Positions 28,186 to 37,472 of a stretch of 64,000 nt of DNA are shown piece by piece. The stretch covers positions 4,227 to 68,226 of the forward strand of contig ONQZ01000004.1 of NCBI GenBank assembly GCA_900320095.1, in the 5' to 3' direction. The position numbers were made by a program, and so were the translations under genes. Under the pieces are notes generated by a model. It was given only the letters and a program-made list of their open reading frames with translations, made no database searches and was not told where the DNA came from. This stretch comes from an uncultured Lentisphaerota bacterium. GTDB taxonomy: Bacteria; Verrucomicrobiota; Lentisphaeria; Victivallales; UBA1829. Each line of letters opens with the position of its first letter. The first letter of the stretch is position 1.

Positions 28186-28400
28186 TCTTTCCCATCCGCG
28201 CGTACCGCCGCTGGATTTCCCCGCTGTTTCCCCCGTGCTGCCGGTTCACGCCGACCTGCTCCCAGTATGCGATCGAAGCCGTCAGAGTCCACGGGATTCT
28301 GCGCGGACTGGCGCTGAGCTTCTGGCGGATCCTCAGATGCAATCCCTGGTGCCGGGGCGGTTATGACCCCGTTCCTCCGAAACGTTCCAGGAAGGAATAA
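28182..28400 (+). CDS. yidD: Membrane protein insertion efficiency factor YidD
   Basis: 72 aa. [29 protein letters not shown]...RCNPW..GGYDPVP. The GTG start overlaps the rnpA stop (GTGA). Confidence 0.85.
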   Translation: MIFPIRAYRRWISPLFPPCCRFTPTCSQYAIEAVRVHGILRGLALSFWRILRCNPWCRGGYDPVPPKRSRKE

Positions 28401-28403
28401 CGA

Positions 28404-30230
28404 GTGAATTTCAAATTCGACAAAGACACTGTTCTCATCGTGCTCGTCGGCTGCCTGCTTATGGGCGGTTGGCTTATCTACATGCCCAAGTACCAGGCGA
28501 AGCGCACCGCCGAATACCAGAAGATGCTGGAGGCAACCCAGCAGAACGCTCCGGCGCAGCAGGCAAACACGAATCCCGGTGCGGCTTCGGCTTCCGCTCA
28601 GACGGCTGCCGACGCCAACGCCGGACAGACCCCGTCCGAAACCGCCGCCGAAACCGTTTCCGCGCTGACGGAAACGAAGACCGTTTCCCTTGAAAACAAG
28701 CTGTTCCGCGTGACGATCGACGGCCTGACCGGTTCGCTTTCCGGCGCAAAGCTGCTGGACCCCCGCTACAAGCTCAAAGATTCCGGGGAAGCCATCGAGC
28801 TGTTCCGCGAAGGCGCGTACCGCACGTTCGAACTGAAATCCATTTCCGCGCTTGTCCCCGTCTCCCTGGACGTTCAGGAAAAAAATCCGCTCTCCGCGGA
28901 AGTCGTCCGCACGTTCGCAAACGGTCTCAAACTGACCCAGACGTTCACCCTGCCGGAAGACAACTACATGGTCGTCTGCGATTACGCCTGGACCAATCCC
29001 GCGTCCGCCGCGGTCACGGTCGACGGCCTCGGCGTCCGCCTCGCCGGTCTGCCGCAGGTCAAGGACCTCACCGGCGACAAGGTCTACAGCGAACGCCTGA
29101 ACGTCGACTTCTGCAAGGTTGGAAGCGGCATGTGCGATTCCGCCGATCCGCAGGTCAAATCCCAGGAAAAATTCGACAAGAAGACCACCTGCGACGTCCC
29201 CGTCGCCTGGATCGGTTCTTCCAATAAATATTTCGCCTCGCTCCTCTTCGCCGACAACGCAAAGCCCTTTGCGTCCACGTTCGGCGAACGCGTCTGGAAA
29301 CTCCCGGAAGGCAGCAAAAACGAAAAAGACCTCTACGCCGTGCCGTCCATGACCGGCGATTTCGGCGCCGTCACGTTCGCGCCCGGCGCGGACACCCTGA
29401 AATTCTCCCTGAAGACCTACTGCGGCCCGAAGGAAATGGCGCGCATCCGTGCGCTCGGTTCCTCCGTCATGGGCGTGATGCACATTTCCTATTATTCTTG
29501 GTTCGAGTTCATCGCGCGTCCGATGGTCATGCTCCTGAACTGGCTGAAGAGCCTCTGCGGCTCCTACGGCATCGCGATCATTCTCCTCACGCTCATCGTC
29601 CGCATCCTCTTCTGGCCGGTCACGCAGAAGGCCAACAGCTCCATGCGCCGCATGCAGAAGCTCCAGCCGAAGATCAAGGAGCTGCAGGAGAAGTACAAGG
29701 AAACTCCGATGGACACGCCGGACGACACCGCGCGCAAGAAAGCCGAGCTGAACCAGAAGATGATGGAGCTCTACCGCACCGAGAAAGTCAACCCGGTCGG
29801 CGGCTGCCTCCCCATCCTGCTTCAGATCCCCGTTTTCATCGCGCTCTACTCCGCGCTGGATTCCGCCGTCGAACTCCGCAACGTGCCGTTCCTCTGGTGC
29901 ACCGACCTCTCGCGTCCCGACCTCGTCGGCCCGACGCTTCCCTTTGCCCTGCCCTTCATCGGGCAGGTCGGATTCCATCCGCTCGTGATCGCCATGACGG
30001 TCCTCATGATCGTTCAGCAGAAGATGACGCCCACCGCGGGCGATTCCGCACAGCAGAAGATGATGATGCTCATGCCCGTCGTCATGCTGTTCATGTTCTA
30101 CAACCTCCCGTCCGGCCTGACGCTTTACTGGACGGTCAGTCAGATATTCAGCATCCTTCAAATGAAATACGGGCAATTCGCCGCAAAGCGGGATGAATCG
30201 CGTCAGGCCAGTAAACCGCAGAAGGCTTAA
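28404..30230 (+). CDS. yidC: Membrane protein insertase YidC
   Basis: 608 aa. N-terminal TM segment, large periplasmic domain, then the conserved core (YGIAIILLTLIVRILFWPVTQK, GGCLPILLQIPVFIALY, NLPSGLTLYW). Confidence 0.92.
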   Translation: MNFKFDKDTVLIVLVGCLLMGGWLIYMPKYQAKRTAEYQKMLEATQQNAPAQQANTNPGAASASAQTAADANAGQTPSETAAETVSALTETKTVSLENKLFRVTIDGLTGSLSGAKLLDPRYKLKDSGEAIELFREGAYRTFELKSISALVPVSLDVQEKNPLSAEVVRTFANGLKLTQTFTLPEDNYMVVCDYAWTNPASAAVTVDGLGVRLAGLPQVKDLTGDKVYSERLNVDFCKVGSGMCDSADPQVKSQEKFDKKTTCDVPVAWIGSSNKYFASLLFADNAKPFASTFGERVWKLPEGSKNEKDLYAVPSMTGDFGAVTFAPGADTLKFSLKTYCGPKEMARIRALGSSVMGVMHISYYSWFEFIARPMVMLLNWLKSLCGSYGIAIILLTLIVRILFWPVTQKANSSMRRMQKLQPKIKELQEKYKETPMDTPDDTARKKAELNQKMMELYRTEKVNPVGGCLPILLQIPVFIALYSALDSAVELRNVPFLWCTDLSRPDLVGPTLPFALPFIGQVGFHPLVIAMTVLMIVQQKMTPTAGDSAQQKMMMLMPVVMLFMFYNLPSGLTLYWTVSQIFSILQMKYGQFAAKRDESRQASKPQKA

Positions 30231-30257
30231 CACCGCCCGAAAAACCCGGAGAATTCA

Positions 30258-31085
30258 ATGGAACTCGAAGAAACAGCCGCGGCCGGCAATCAGGCCATGG
30301 AAAACGCAGGAGCCGCAACGGAAGCGGCGGAAACCGCAACGACCGATGAGATCAAGGCCGTCCCCATGGACGACGCCTCCGCCGCGGACGACGGCGGATT
30401 CGATGAGATCGACAAAAGCAACGAGACCGCGCAGCCCCGCGCAGAACGTCCCCGCAGGAATCCCCCGCCGGTCAAACCAGCTTCCCAGGAATCCATGGAG
30501 GAAGCCAGAAGCGTCCTCGCCCACATGCTTGATTTCCTCGGCATCGACGCCAACATCCGCGTGGAAAACAAGCCCCGCTCCGTGAACCTCTACGTCTCCA
30601 CCGAGGAACCCGGCCGCGTGATCGGACACCACGGCAAGACGCTGGAAAACCTCCAGCTCATCGTGAACCGCATTATGCAGAAGACCGATTCCGAGTTCCC
30701 GAAACTCTACATCGACATGGAAGGTCCCCGCGAACGCCGCTCAGAACGCCGTTCTGAGCGCACCGACCGTGTCGAGCGCGGCGGCGAACGCTCCGAACGC
30801 GGCGAACGCCCCCGCAGGGAGTTCCGCAGCGAACGCAGAGACCGTTTTGAAGGCCGTCGCGGATCGTCGTTCTCCCACGACGAAGTCCTCCGCCAGCAGG
30901 CGCTTGACGCCGCCAAGGAAGTCCACCAGTGGGGCGCTCCGAAGACCCTGCCTCCGATGAACTCCCACGACCGCAGAATTGTCCACATCACGCTCGAAGA
31001 CGATGCCGCGCTGACCACCAACAGCGTCGGCGACGGCGAAAAACGCTCCGTCGTGATCGCGCTGAAGGAAGAAGTCAACGCCTGA
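30258..31085 (+). CDS. khpB: Jag/KhpB-type RNA-binding protein (KH + R3H domains)
   Basis: KH-like GRVIGHHGKTLENLQLIVNRI and R3H region NSHDRRIVHITLEDD. Canonical position after yidC. Acidic N-terminus and an RSER-rich linker. Confidence 0.85.
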   Translation: MELEETAAAGNQAMENAGAATEAAETATTDEIKAVPMDDASAADDGGFDEIDKSNETAQPRAERPRRNPPPVKPASQESMEEARSVLAHMLDFLGIDANIRVENKPRSVNLYVSTEEPGRVIGHHGKTLENLQLIVNRIMQKTDSEFPKLYIDMEGPRERRSERRSERTDRVERGGERSERGERPRREFRSERRDRFEGRRGSSFSHDEVLRQQALDAAKEVHQWGAPKTLPPMNSHDRRIVHITLEDDAALTTNSVGDGEKRSVVIALKEEVNA

Positions 31086-31107
31086 TCTTCCGAAGCAATT
31101 GATTCTA

Positions 31108-31140
31108 AAGCCGCCGCTTCGAACACGGCGGCTTTTTTCT
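31108..31140 (+). terminator. Rho-independent terminator after jag
   Basis: AAGCCGCCG (31108-31116) pairs with CGGCGGCTT (31126-31134), followed by TTTTT. Confidence 0.8.
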
Positions 31141-31163
31141 GCCCCGATTTCGGGCATGAAAAT

Positions 31164-31192
31164 GCGGCGGCATCCACAATCAGGATACCGCC
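31164..31192 (+). repeat. Hairpin repeat GCGGCGGCATCC-N7-GGATACCGCC, copy 1
   Basis: Near-identical to the copy at 32200-32230. The two copies bracket the LRR lipoprotein gene. Confidence 0.7.
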
Positions 31193-31214
31193 ATGATTGT
31201 TTTACGTAACAAAC

Positions 31215-31242
31215 TTGAAAAACGGAAAACAGGCGGTATATT
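31215..31242 (+). promoter_or_regulatory. Sigma70-type promoter upstream of LRR lipoprotein gene
   Basis: TTGAAA (31215-31220), 16-nt spacer, TATATT (31237-31242). Confidence 0.5.
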
Positions 31243-31287
31243 AATCGAAAAGACATGCTGCCGACCTGCCGATACGAGGGGTCCAAT

Positions 31288-32181
31288 ATGAACAAACATT
31301 CTTTTTTCGAGCAATTTTCAACGGTTGCCTGCCTGGTCGCTGCGTCCGCCGTCCTGATCGTGTTTCTTGTTGCCTGCGGCGAGGAACCGGAGGAGCCGGA
31401 TCCTGACTCGGAAACATCCGCTTCCGTTGAAACTGATGTGGATTCCGCAATGGAAACAGTCCCATCCGCAAATATGGAGCCCGGGGACAAGTTCATCTTT
31501 CCGTCCGAAGGCCTCGTATGCGTGGAACGGGTCTATTACGACGCCGGTCCCACACCCGAAACGGTAAAGGTCGTTTATCTTCGCGCGCCCGAAAACGCGG
31601 TCGATCTGGTGATCCCGGATGGCGTGACGGAGATCGGAAGTGAAGCGTTCGCGAATTGCGAAAACCTGGAATCGGTCGTGTTCCCGAACACGGTCAATAT
31701 GATTCCGGCCAATGCCTTTTATGTCGCCCAGATAGGTCTGCGTCCTCGTTCTCCGAAGCTGAAATCGGTCGTGCTTCCGGTACACGCCGCCATTGGGTCC
31801 TATGCGTTCTATGGCCTTCAATCCCTGGAGAGCGTCACGGTGAACGGGGACGGCAAAGCCGCCGCGTTGCCGCGGGAAGATGCTGCCATCGGGGACAACG
31901 CGTTCGGCTTTTGCCTTAAACTGAAGGAGATCGTGATCCCGGAGGGGGTCGAAGCCATTGGCGACAAGGCTTTCTCCACCTGTCAGAAGCTGGAACGCGT
32001 TTCCCTGCCCGCAAGTCTGAAGTCCATCGGACGCCTCGCTTTTTTGAATTGTTCCTCGCTGAGGGAGATTTCGATTCCGAACGGCGTGACGAATTTTGCG
32101 TACGACGCTTTTTTTGGCACCCCATGCAAGGAATCCGTCCGCAGGGAAATGGAATCCCGCCTTGCCGCCGTTCAGCCATAG
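31288..32181 (+). CDS. BspA-type leucine-rich-repeat lipoprotein
   Basis: Lipobox LVAC|G after a hydrophobic signal. Repeats of the form IP.GVT.IG..AF..C..L..V (LRR_5/BspA-like). Confidence 0.8.
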   Translation: MNKHSFFEQFSTVACLVAASAVLIVFLVACGEEPEEPDPDSETSASVETDVDSAMETVPSANMEPGDKFIFPSEGLVCVERVYYDAGPTPETVKVVYLRAPENAVDLVIPDGVTEIGSEAFANCENLESVVFPNTVNMIPANAFYVAQIGLRPRSPKLKSVVLPVHAAIGSYAFYGLQSLESVTVNGDGKAAALPREDAAIGDNAFGFCLKLKEIVIPEGVEAIGDKAFSTCQKLERVSLPASLKSIGRLAFLNCSSLREISIPNGVTNFAYDAFFGTPCKESVRREMESRLAAVQP

Positions 32182-32199
32182 GAATGCTGGAACACAAAA

Positions 32200-32230
32200 G
32201 CGGCGGCATCCGAGTTGTGGATACCGCCGC
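32200..32230 (+). repeat. Hairpin repeat GCGGCGGCATCC-N7-GGATACCGCCGC, copy 2
   Basis: 12-bp stem with one mismatch, immediately 3' of the LRR lipoprotein gene. Confidence 0.7.
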
Positions 32231-32248
32231 GATCATTTCAACTGTCCC

Positions 32249-32340
32249 GTGCTCACGCGAAACTGAGAGCACTGTGTCAGCACACTCCGTGTGTGCTCAA
32301 GCGAAGCTGAGAGCACTATCGCAGTGCAGGCGCTGCTTGC
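32249..32340 (+). repeat. Double-hairpin (REP/BIME-like) repeat array, locus 4
   Basis: 24-nt hairpins GTGCTC-N12-GAGCAC at 32249-32272 and 32293-32316. AGCACAC-TCC-GTGTGCT hairpin at 32279-32295. Linker tatcgcagt, then imperfect palindrome GCAGGCGCTGCTTGC (32326-32340), which abuts the metG stop complement (tca 32341-32343). Confidence 0.85.
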
Positions 32341-34311
32341 TCAACCCACGGTCATGCCCGGTTCGGCATCGCCACCGTCCACGGTCACGAGCTTAAGGCT
32401 GGTTTCGTTCTTGGCCGCAAGGAGCATGCCGCAGGACTCGAATCCGGCGATCTTCGCGGGCATGAGGTTGGCAACCACGATGATGGTCTTGCCGACCACG
32501 TCTTCCGGCGCATACTGCTGGGCGATGCCGGCGACCAGCGAACGCACGTCGCCGTTTCCAAGGTCGACTTTCAGGTGGAGCAGCCGCGTCTTGCCTTCGA
32601 TGCGCTCGGCCTCCAGGACCTTCGCGGTGCGGAGCTGCGTCTTGAAGAACTGTTCGATCGTGACCATGCCTTCCGGCACCACGACGTCTTTGGTCTTCGG
32701 CGCTTTGACTTCCTGCTTTTTCTGCTTTTCCGGCTTCGCGGGGGCGGCCTCTTCGGCCTTCTCGACCACGATACGCGGGAAGAGCGGAGGCATGTCGACC
32801 ATGGTGCGCTTCGTGCTCGCGCTGGGGTCGGCGAACTCGCTGAGCGACTTGAAGTCGGTCTTCGTGATCTCCTCCTCGGAGAGTCCGAGCGAACGGCGCA
32901 GCTGCGTCATCTTTTCGGGCATGATCGGGAAGAGCAGGCCGGACACGATCTCGAGCGTCTGCGCCGCGGTGTACAGCACGGCCGCCAGGCGGTCGGTCTT
33001 GCCTTCCTTCGCGAGCGTCCACGGCGCGGTGCGCTCCAGGAACTTGTTGGCCTCGCGGACCACGTTCATGACGGCGTTGATCCCGCGGTCGAGCTTCATG
33101 GCGTTCAGCTCGGTTTCAAGCTGCTTCACGGCGAGTCCCGCCTTGGAGAGCAGTTCCAGTTCGAGCGGCTGAAGCGGAGGCGGAGCGGGGAGCGTGCCGC
33201 CGAAATTCTTGATGGAGAGCTTCACCACGCGCGAAAGCAGGTTGCCGAGGTCGTTCGCGAGGTCGGTGTTGAACCGCTGGAGGAAGTCCTCCTCGGTGAA
33301 CGACGCGTCGTTGCCGGGCGTCATCGCGGCGAGCAGGAAGTAGCGGAACGCGTCCACGCCGTACTTGTCGGCCATGTCCATCGGGTTCACCACGTTGCCG
33401 AGCGACTTGCTCATCTTGCGGCTGCCGGTGAGCCACCAGCCGTGCGCGAAGATAGTCTTCGGCATCGGGAGCCCGATCGCCTTGAGCATGGTCGGCCAGT
33501 ACACGCTGTGCGTGGTGAGGATGTCTTTTCCGATCAGATGGATGCAGCTGGTCCAGTAGCGCTCGAAACGCGCCTGGTCCACGCCGTATCCGATCGCCGA
33601 GATGTAGTTGATCAGCGCGTCGAACCATACATAGCAGACGTAATCCTTATCGAACGGCAGCTCGATGCCCCAGGACAAGCGGGACTTCGGACGCGAAATG
33701 CAGAGGTCTTCCAGCGGCTTGCGGAGGAATCCGAGCGTCTCGTTGGCGCGGAACGCCGGCTGGATGAAGTCCGGGTGCTCGGTGATGTACTGGATGAGCC
33801 AGTCCTGATACTTGCTCATGCGGAAGAAATAGTTGCTCTCGACGATAGTGTCGACTTCGCGCTGGCAGTCCGGACAGAGCTTGCCGTCGATCAGGTCCTT
33901 CTCCGTGAAAAACCGTTCGCAGCCCACGCAGTAGTAGCCCTTGTACTCGGCCTTGTAGATGAGGTCGCGGTCGTAGAGGTCCTGCATGATGGCGCGGACG
34001 ATCTTCTTGTGGCGTTCCTCCGTCGTGCGGATGAAATCGTCGTTCGTGATGCCGAGGCGCTTCCAGAGTTCCTGGAACCGGACCACGGTGGAATTGCACT
34101 GTTCGATCGGGGTCAATCCGTTCTTCGCGGCGGCCTTCTCGACCTTCTGTCCGTGTTCGTCGGTGCCGGTCAGGAACCAGACGTCGTCGCCCGCGGCGCG
34201 ATGCCAGCGCGCGAGGACGTCGGCGAGGACGGTCGTATAGGCGTGCCCGATGTGGGGCTTGTCGTTGACGTAGTAGATCGGGGTCGTGACGTAAAAGGTG
34301 TTATTGCTCAT
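32341..34311 (-). CDS. metG: Methionine--tRNA ligase with C-terminal tRNA-binding (EMAP/Trbp111-like) domain
   Basis: HIGHAYT and KMSKS motifs, a CPDC zinc knuckle, and the C-terminal ..VGKTIIVVANLMPAKIAGFES.GMLLAA. Confidence 0.97.
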   Translation of the reverse strand: MSNNTFYVTTPIYYVNDKPHIGHAYTTVLADVLARWHRAAGDDVWFLTGTDEHGQKVEKAAAKNGLTPIEQCNSTVVRFQELWKRLGITNDDFIRTTEERHKKIVRAIMQDLYDRDLIYKAEYKGYYCVGCERFFTEKDLIDGKLCPDCQREVDTIVESNYFFRMSKYQDWLIQYITEHPDFIQPAFRANETLGFLRKPLEDLCISRPKSRLSWGIELPFDKDYVCYVWFDALINYISAIGYGVDQARFERYWTSCIHLIGKDILTTHSVYWPTMLKAIGLPMPKTIFAHGWWLTGSRKMSKSLGNVVNPMDMADKYGVDAFRYFLLAAMTPGNDASFTEEDFLQRFNTDLANDLGNLLSRVVKLSIKNFGGTLPAPPPLQPLELELLSKAGLAVKQLETELNAMKLDRGINAVMNVVREANKFLERTAPWTLAKEGKTDRLAAVLYTAAQTLEIVSGLLFPIMPEKMTQLRRSLGLSEEEITKTDFKSLSEFADPSASTKRTMVDMPPLFPRIVVEKAEEAAPAKPEKQKKQEVKAPKTKDVVVPEGMVTIEQFFKTQLRTAKVLEAERIEGKTRLLHLKVDLGNGDVRSLVAGIAQQYAPEDVVGKTIIVVANLMPAKIAGFESCGMLLAAKNETSLKLVTVDGGDAEPGMTVG

Positions 34312-34333
34312 AAGCAGGTTCCTTTCTTCTGTG

Positions 34334-36073
34334 TCAGAGGTAGCGGTCCAGCTCGGCGCGGACGCGCTGCGCCAGGACTTCGGCGGCCTGTTCCACCGGG
34401 ATCATTTCGGAGTCGCGGGAGGCGCGCGTGCGGAATTCGACCATGCCGTTCGCGAGCGTCTTCAGGGAGACGATCACGCGGAACGGGATGCCGAGGAGGT
34501 CGGCGTCGCTGAACATGAACCCGGCCTTCTCGCCGCGGTCGTCGTACAGGACTTCCACGCCCTTCGCCTGAAGGTCCCTGTACAGCGCCTCCGCCTTTTC
34601 GCCGGAATCGGTGCCGTTCGGCTGGAGCGCCACGATGTGGACCTGGTACGGCGCGATGGACATCGGCCAGATCGGGCCGTAGTCATCGTGGTTGTCCTCG
34701 ATGACCGACGCCATGGTGCGGCCGACGCCGATGCCGTAGCAGCCCATGTACATCGGCTTGGATTTGCCGTCCTTGTCCAGGTAGTTCACCTTCATCGACT
34801 TCGAATACTTCAGTCCGAGCTGGAAAATATTACCGATCTCAATACCGTGTTTGAACTGGAGCGGTTCGCCGGTCACGGGGCAGGGGTCGCCCTCGCGGAC
34901 GCACGCCACGTCGGCCACCAGGCCGCCGGTCATGTCGCGCCCGTAGTTGAAGTTCTTATAGTGGAAGCCTTCCTCGTTCGCGCCGACCACCAGGTTCACG
35001 GTTCCGGCCGCGGACGGGTCGATCACGAGGCGGACCTTGCCCGGCACTTCGGCGATGCCGACCGGGGAGGCGTATCCGGGGACGGCGCCGCAGGCGCGGA
35101 TGAGGTTGTCGTCGGCGAACTTGATCGCGTTGAGTCCGAGCACGTTTTTGAGCTTGCACTCGTTGACTTCGAAATCGCCGCGGATGAGCACGAAGATCAG
35201 CTCCTTGCCGTCCTCGGTGCTGTAGAACACCGCCTTGCCGGTCTGCGCGGGCGTCACGTTCAGGAACGTCGCGACTTCCTCGATCGTCTTGCTGTGCGGC
35301 GTGGCGACCTTCTCGAGCGGGAGCTCTTCGCCGTTTCGCTCGAATTTCAGCCCGGACACCGCGACCTCGCGGTTCGCCTTGTAGCTCTTGCCGTCCGGCG
35401 ACAGGAAGATGTTGTCTTCGCCGCAGTCCGCCAGGAGCATGAATTCGTGCGACACGCTGCCGCCCATCATGCCGGTGTTGGACAGGATGGAGACCACATG
35501 CTTCATGCCGACGCGGCGGAAGATGCGTTCGTAGGCGGCGTGGAGCTCCTGATAGTAGGCGTCCAGGTCCTCCTGCGAGGTGTGGAAACTGTAGGCGTCC
35601 TTCATCGTGAACTCGCGGACGCGGAGCAGGCCGGCGCGCGGACGCGCCTCGTCGCGGTACTTGGTCTGGATCTGGTAGATCATCACGGGCAGCTGCTTGT
35701 AGCTGTTGATCTCGGTCCGGGCGATCTGGCAGCTGGCTTCCTCGTGCGTCATGCCCAGCACCATCGCCTTGTTGTTGCGGTCCGTGAAGCGCAGCAGTTC
35801 GGCCCCGACGGACTGGTAACGGCCGGATTCGACCCAGAGATCCGCCGGAAGCACGACCGGCATCAGGACTTCCTGGCCGCCGACGCGGTCCATTTCCTGA
35901 CGGATGATGTTCTCGATCTTCGCGATCACGCGCTTGCCGACGGGCAGCAAGGAATAGATGCCAGCGGAAACGGGGCGGACATAGCCCCCGCGGACCAGGA
36001 ATTTGTGGCTGAAGGTGGTGGCGTCCGCCGGATCCTCTTTCAGGCGGTTGCCGAACAACTGGGACATTTTCAT
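34334..36073 (-). CDS. proS: Proline--tRNA ligase (bacterial type with editing insertion)
   Basis: Start at MKMSQLFG. Class II motifs (RPRAGLLRVREFTMKDAYSF, GCYGIGVGR). About 579 aa. Confidence 0.95.
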   Translation of the reverse strand: MKMSQLFGNRLKEDPADATTFSHKFLVRGGYVRPVSAGIYSLLPVGKRVIAKIENIIRQEMDRVGGQEVLMPVVLPADLWVESGRYQSVGAELLRFTDRNNKAMVLGMTHEEASCQIARTEINSYKQLPVMIYQIQTKYRDEARPRAGLLRVREFTMKDAYSFHTSQEDLDAYYQELHAAYERIFRRVGMKHVVSILSNTGMMGGSVSHEFMLLADCGEDNIFLSPDGKSYKANREVAVSGLKFERNGEELPLEKVATPHSKTIEEVATFLNVTPAQTGKAVFYSTEDGKELIFVLIRGDFEVNECKLKNVLGLNAIKFADDNLIRACGAVPGYASPVGIAEVPGKVRLVIDPSAAGTVNLVVGANEEGFHYKNFNYGRDMTGGLVADVACVREGDPCPVTGEPLQFKHGIEIGNIFQLGLKYSKSMKVNYLDKDGKSKPMYMGCYGIGVGRTMASVIEDNHDDYGPIWPMSIAPYQVHIVALQPNGTDSGEKAEALYRDLQAKGVEVLYDDRGEKAGFMFSDADLLGIPFRVIVSLKTLANGMVEFRTRASRDSEMIPVEQAAEVLAQRVRAELDRYL

Positions 36074-36235
36074 GGAAAATACCTCGCGGATGTGTGTATT
36101 ATATTGAAAAATAGTTTTTGCCGGAAAAAAATAATATACCACGGAATGGATTCTTTTTCAAGCGGAAACGTACCCGAAGAAGAGAAAAACGCATCCCGCG
36201 CGGCTTTGTTCCGCCGTGCGGCGCCATGCTCAAGT

Positions 36236-37105
36236 TCAGGGCATGGCGTGAACCGGGATCCGGACTGGCGGCGGGACCCTTCGCGGAGTCCGCTTTTTCT
36301 GTGCGCCGAGATGCAAATACTGTTCGCTCAGTTCGTCCAGCCTGCCTCTCCGGCGTTCCTGTTCGAGGAAGCCGTTGACATATTCCAGCAGCGCTTCGTT
36401 TCCCCGCGGCAGCAATACGCCGAGCTGGCCTCGCGTGAACGGACGGTCCAGCAGAGGCGCGGCCAGCCTCGCGTCCTTTCCGGCATAATACGCCGCCTCC
36501 ATGACCTCCGTGATCATCACGTCCGCCTTGCCGGAGGCGATCAGCGCCGGGATCTCCTCATTGACCGGATGGATGATCAAATCTGCGTCCGGAAGGTGTT
36601 CCCTCGCGAACTTCTCGTTCAGGCCGCCGGGGTTCTCCATCACGCGCACCTCGGGACGGTTGATCGCGGCGAGGGAGGCATACTTCTCCGCGTCCTCCGC
36701 CCGGCAGAGCACCGTTTTGCCGTTTTCCAGATACCCCTCGGACATCAGCGCCTGCTCCTTCCTTGCCTCCGTGATGGTGATGCCGCAGATCGCGAGGTCG
36801 AATTTTCGGTCCAGCGTATCCTGCATCAGCGTCGGCCACGTGGTCGGCACATACCGGATCCCGACCCCGAGACCCGCCGCCAGATCCTCCGTCAGCGCCG
36901 TGTCGAATCCCTCATACGTTTCGGTCCGCGGATTCAGGTACGACATCGGGCAGTAATCCCCGGTCGTCCCGACGAGCAGGACGCCCCGCGCCTTTACCGC
37001 CTGAAGCGAATCCGCGCCCTCCTGCGTACCGCAGCATCCCGTCAGCAGGAACGTGACCGCAAACAACCATACGCCGACGATGGAAACGATATGTTTTATC
37101 TTCAT
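36236..37105 (-). CDS. Periplasmic solute-binding protein (SBP_bac_3/PBPb family), lipoprotein
   Basis: Signal with LLTGC lipobox. GVLLVGTTGDYCPMSY.. and ..FDLAICGITIT.. are typical of amino-acid-type binding proteins. No permease or ATPase gene is adjacent. Confidence 0.8.
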   Translation of the reverse strand: MKIKHIVSIVGVWLFAVTFLLTGCCGTQEGADSLQAVKARGVLLVGTTGDYCPMSYLNPRTETYEGFDTALTEDLAAGLGVGIRYVPTTWPTLMQDTLDRKFDLAICGITITEARKEQALMSEGYLENGKTVLCRAEDAEKYASLAAINRPEVRVMENPGGLNEKFAREHLPDADLIIHPVNEEIPALIASGKADVMITEVMEAAYYAGKDARLAAPLLDRPFTRGQLGVLLPRGNEALLEYVNGFLEQERRRGRLDELSEQYLHLGAQKKRTPRRVPPPVRIPVHAMP

Positions 37106-37301
37106 CTCTGTTACCTCTTTTCAGCTCGATCGAAAAATGACGGATTTCATTCGAATCAGTATAACCTACCACGAAAACGCGTAAAATTCAACTCGTTTCC
37201 GGCTTTTTTCAACGAATCGTGCGATATCCTCCCCCTTCATGCCGACCTGCCGCCACGACCGCATCCTCGGGCCGCCGCTCCTCTTTTTTTGAATTCGGGG
37301 G

Positions 37302-37330
37302 TTGATTCTCCGGCAGGGATATGTTATATT
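37302..37330 (+). promoter_or_regulatory. Sigma70-type promoter of tRNA-Leu
   Basis: TTGATT (37302-37307), 17-nt spacer, TATATT (37325-37330), 21 nt before the tRNA 5' end. Confidence 0.55.
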
Positions 37331-37351
37331 ATAGTTTACACAAAAACTCGG

Positions 37352-37436
37352 GCGCGGCTGGTGAAATTGGCAGACACAAAGGACTTAGGATCCTTCGCCG
37401 TGAGGCATGCGGGTTCGAGTCCCGCGCCGCGCACCA
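37352..37436 (+). tRNA. tRNA-Leu (anticodon TAG), class II with long variable arm, CCA encoded
   Basis: Manual fold. Acceptor GCGCGGC/GCCGCGC, anticodon stem AAGGA/TCCTT with loop CTTAGGA, variable arm CGCCGTGAGGC, T-arm GCGGG-TTCGAGT-CCCGC, then ACCA. Confidence 0.9.
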
Positions 37437-37472
37437 CTTCAAGCTCAAAAACGGTTTTCTTCGCATTCTTCC

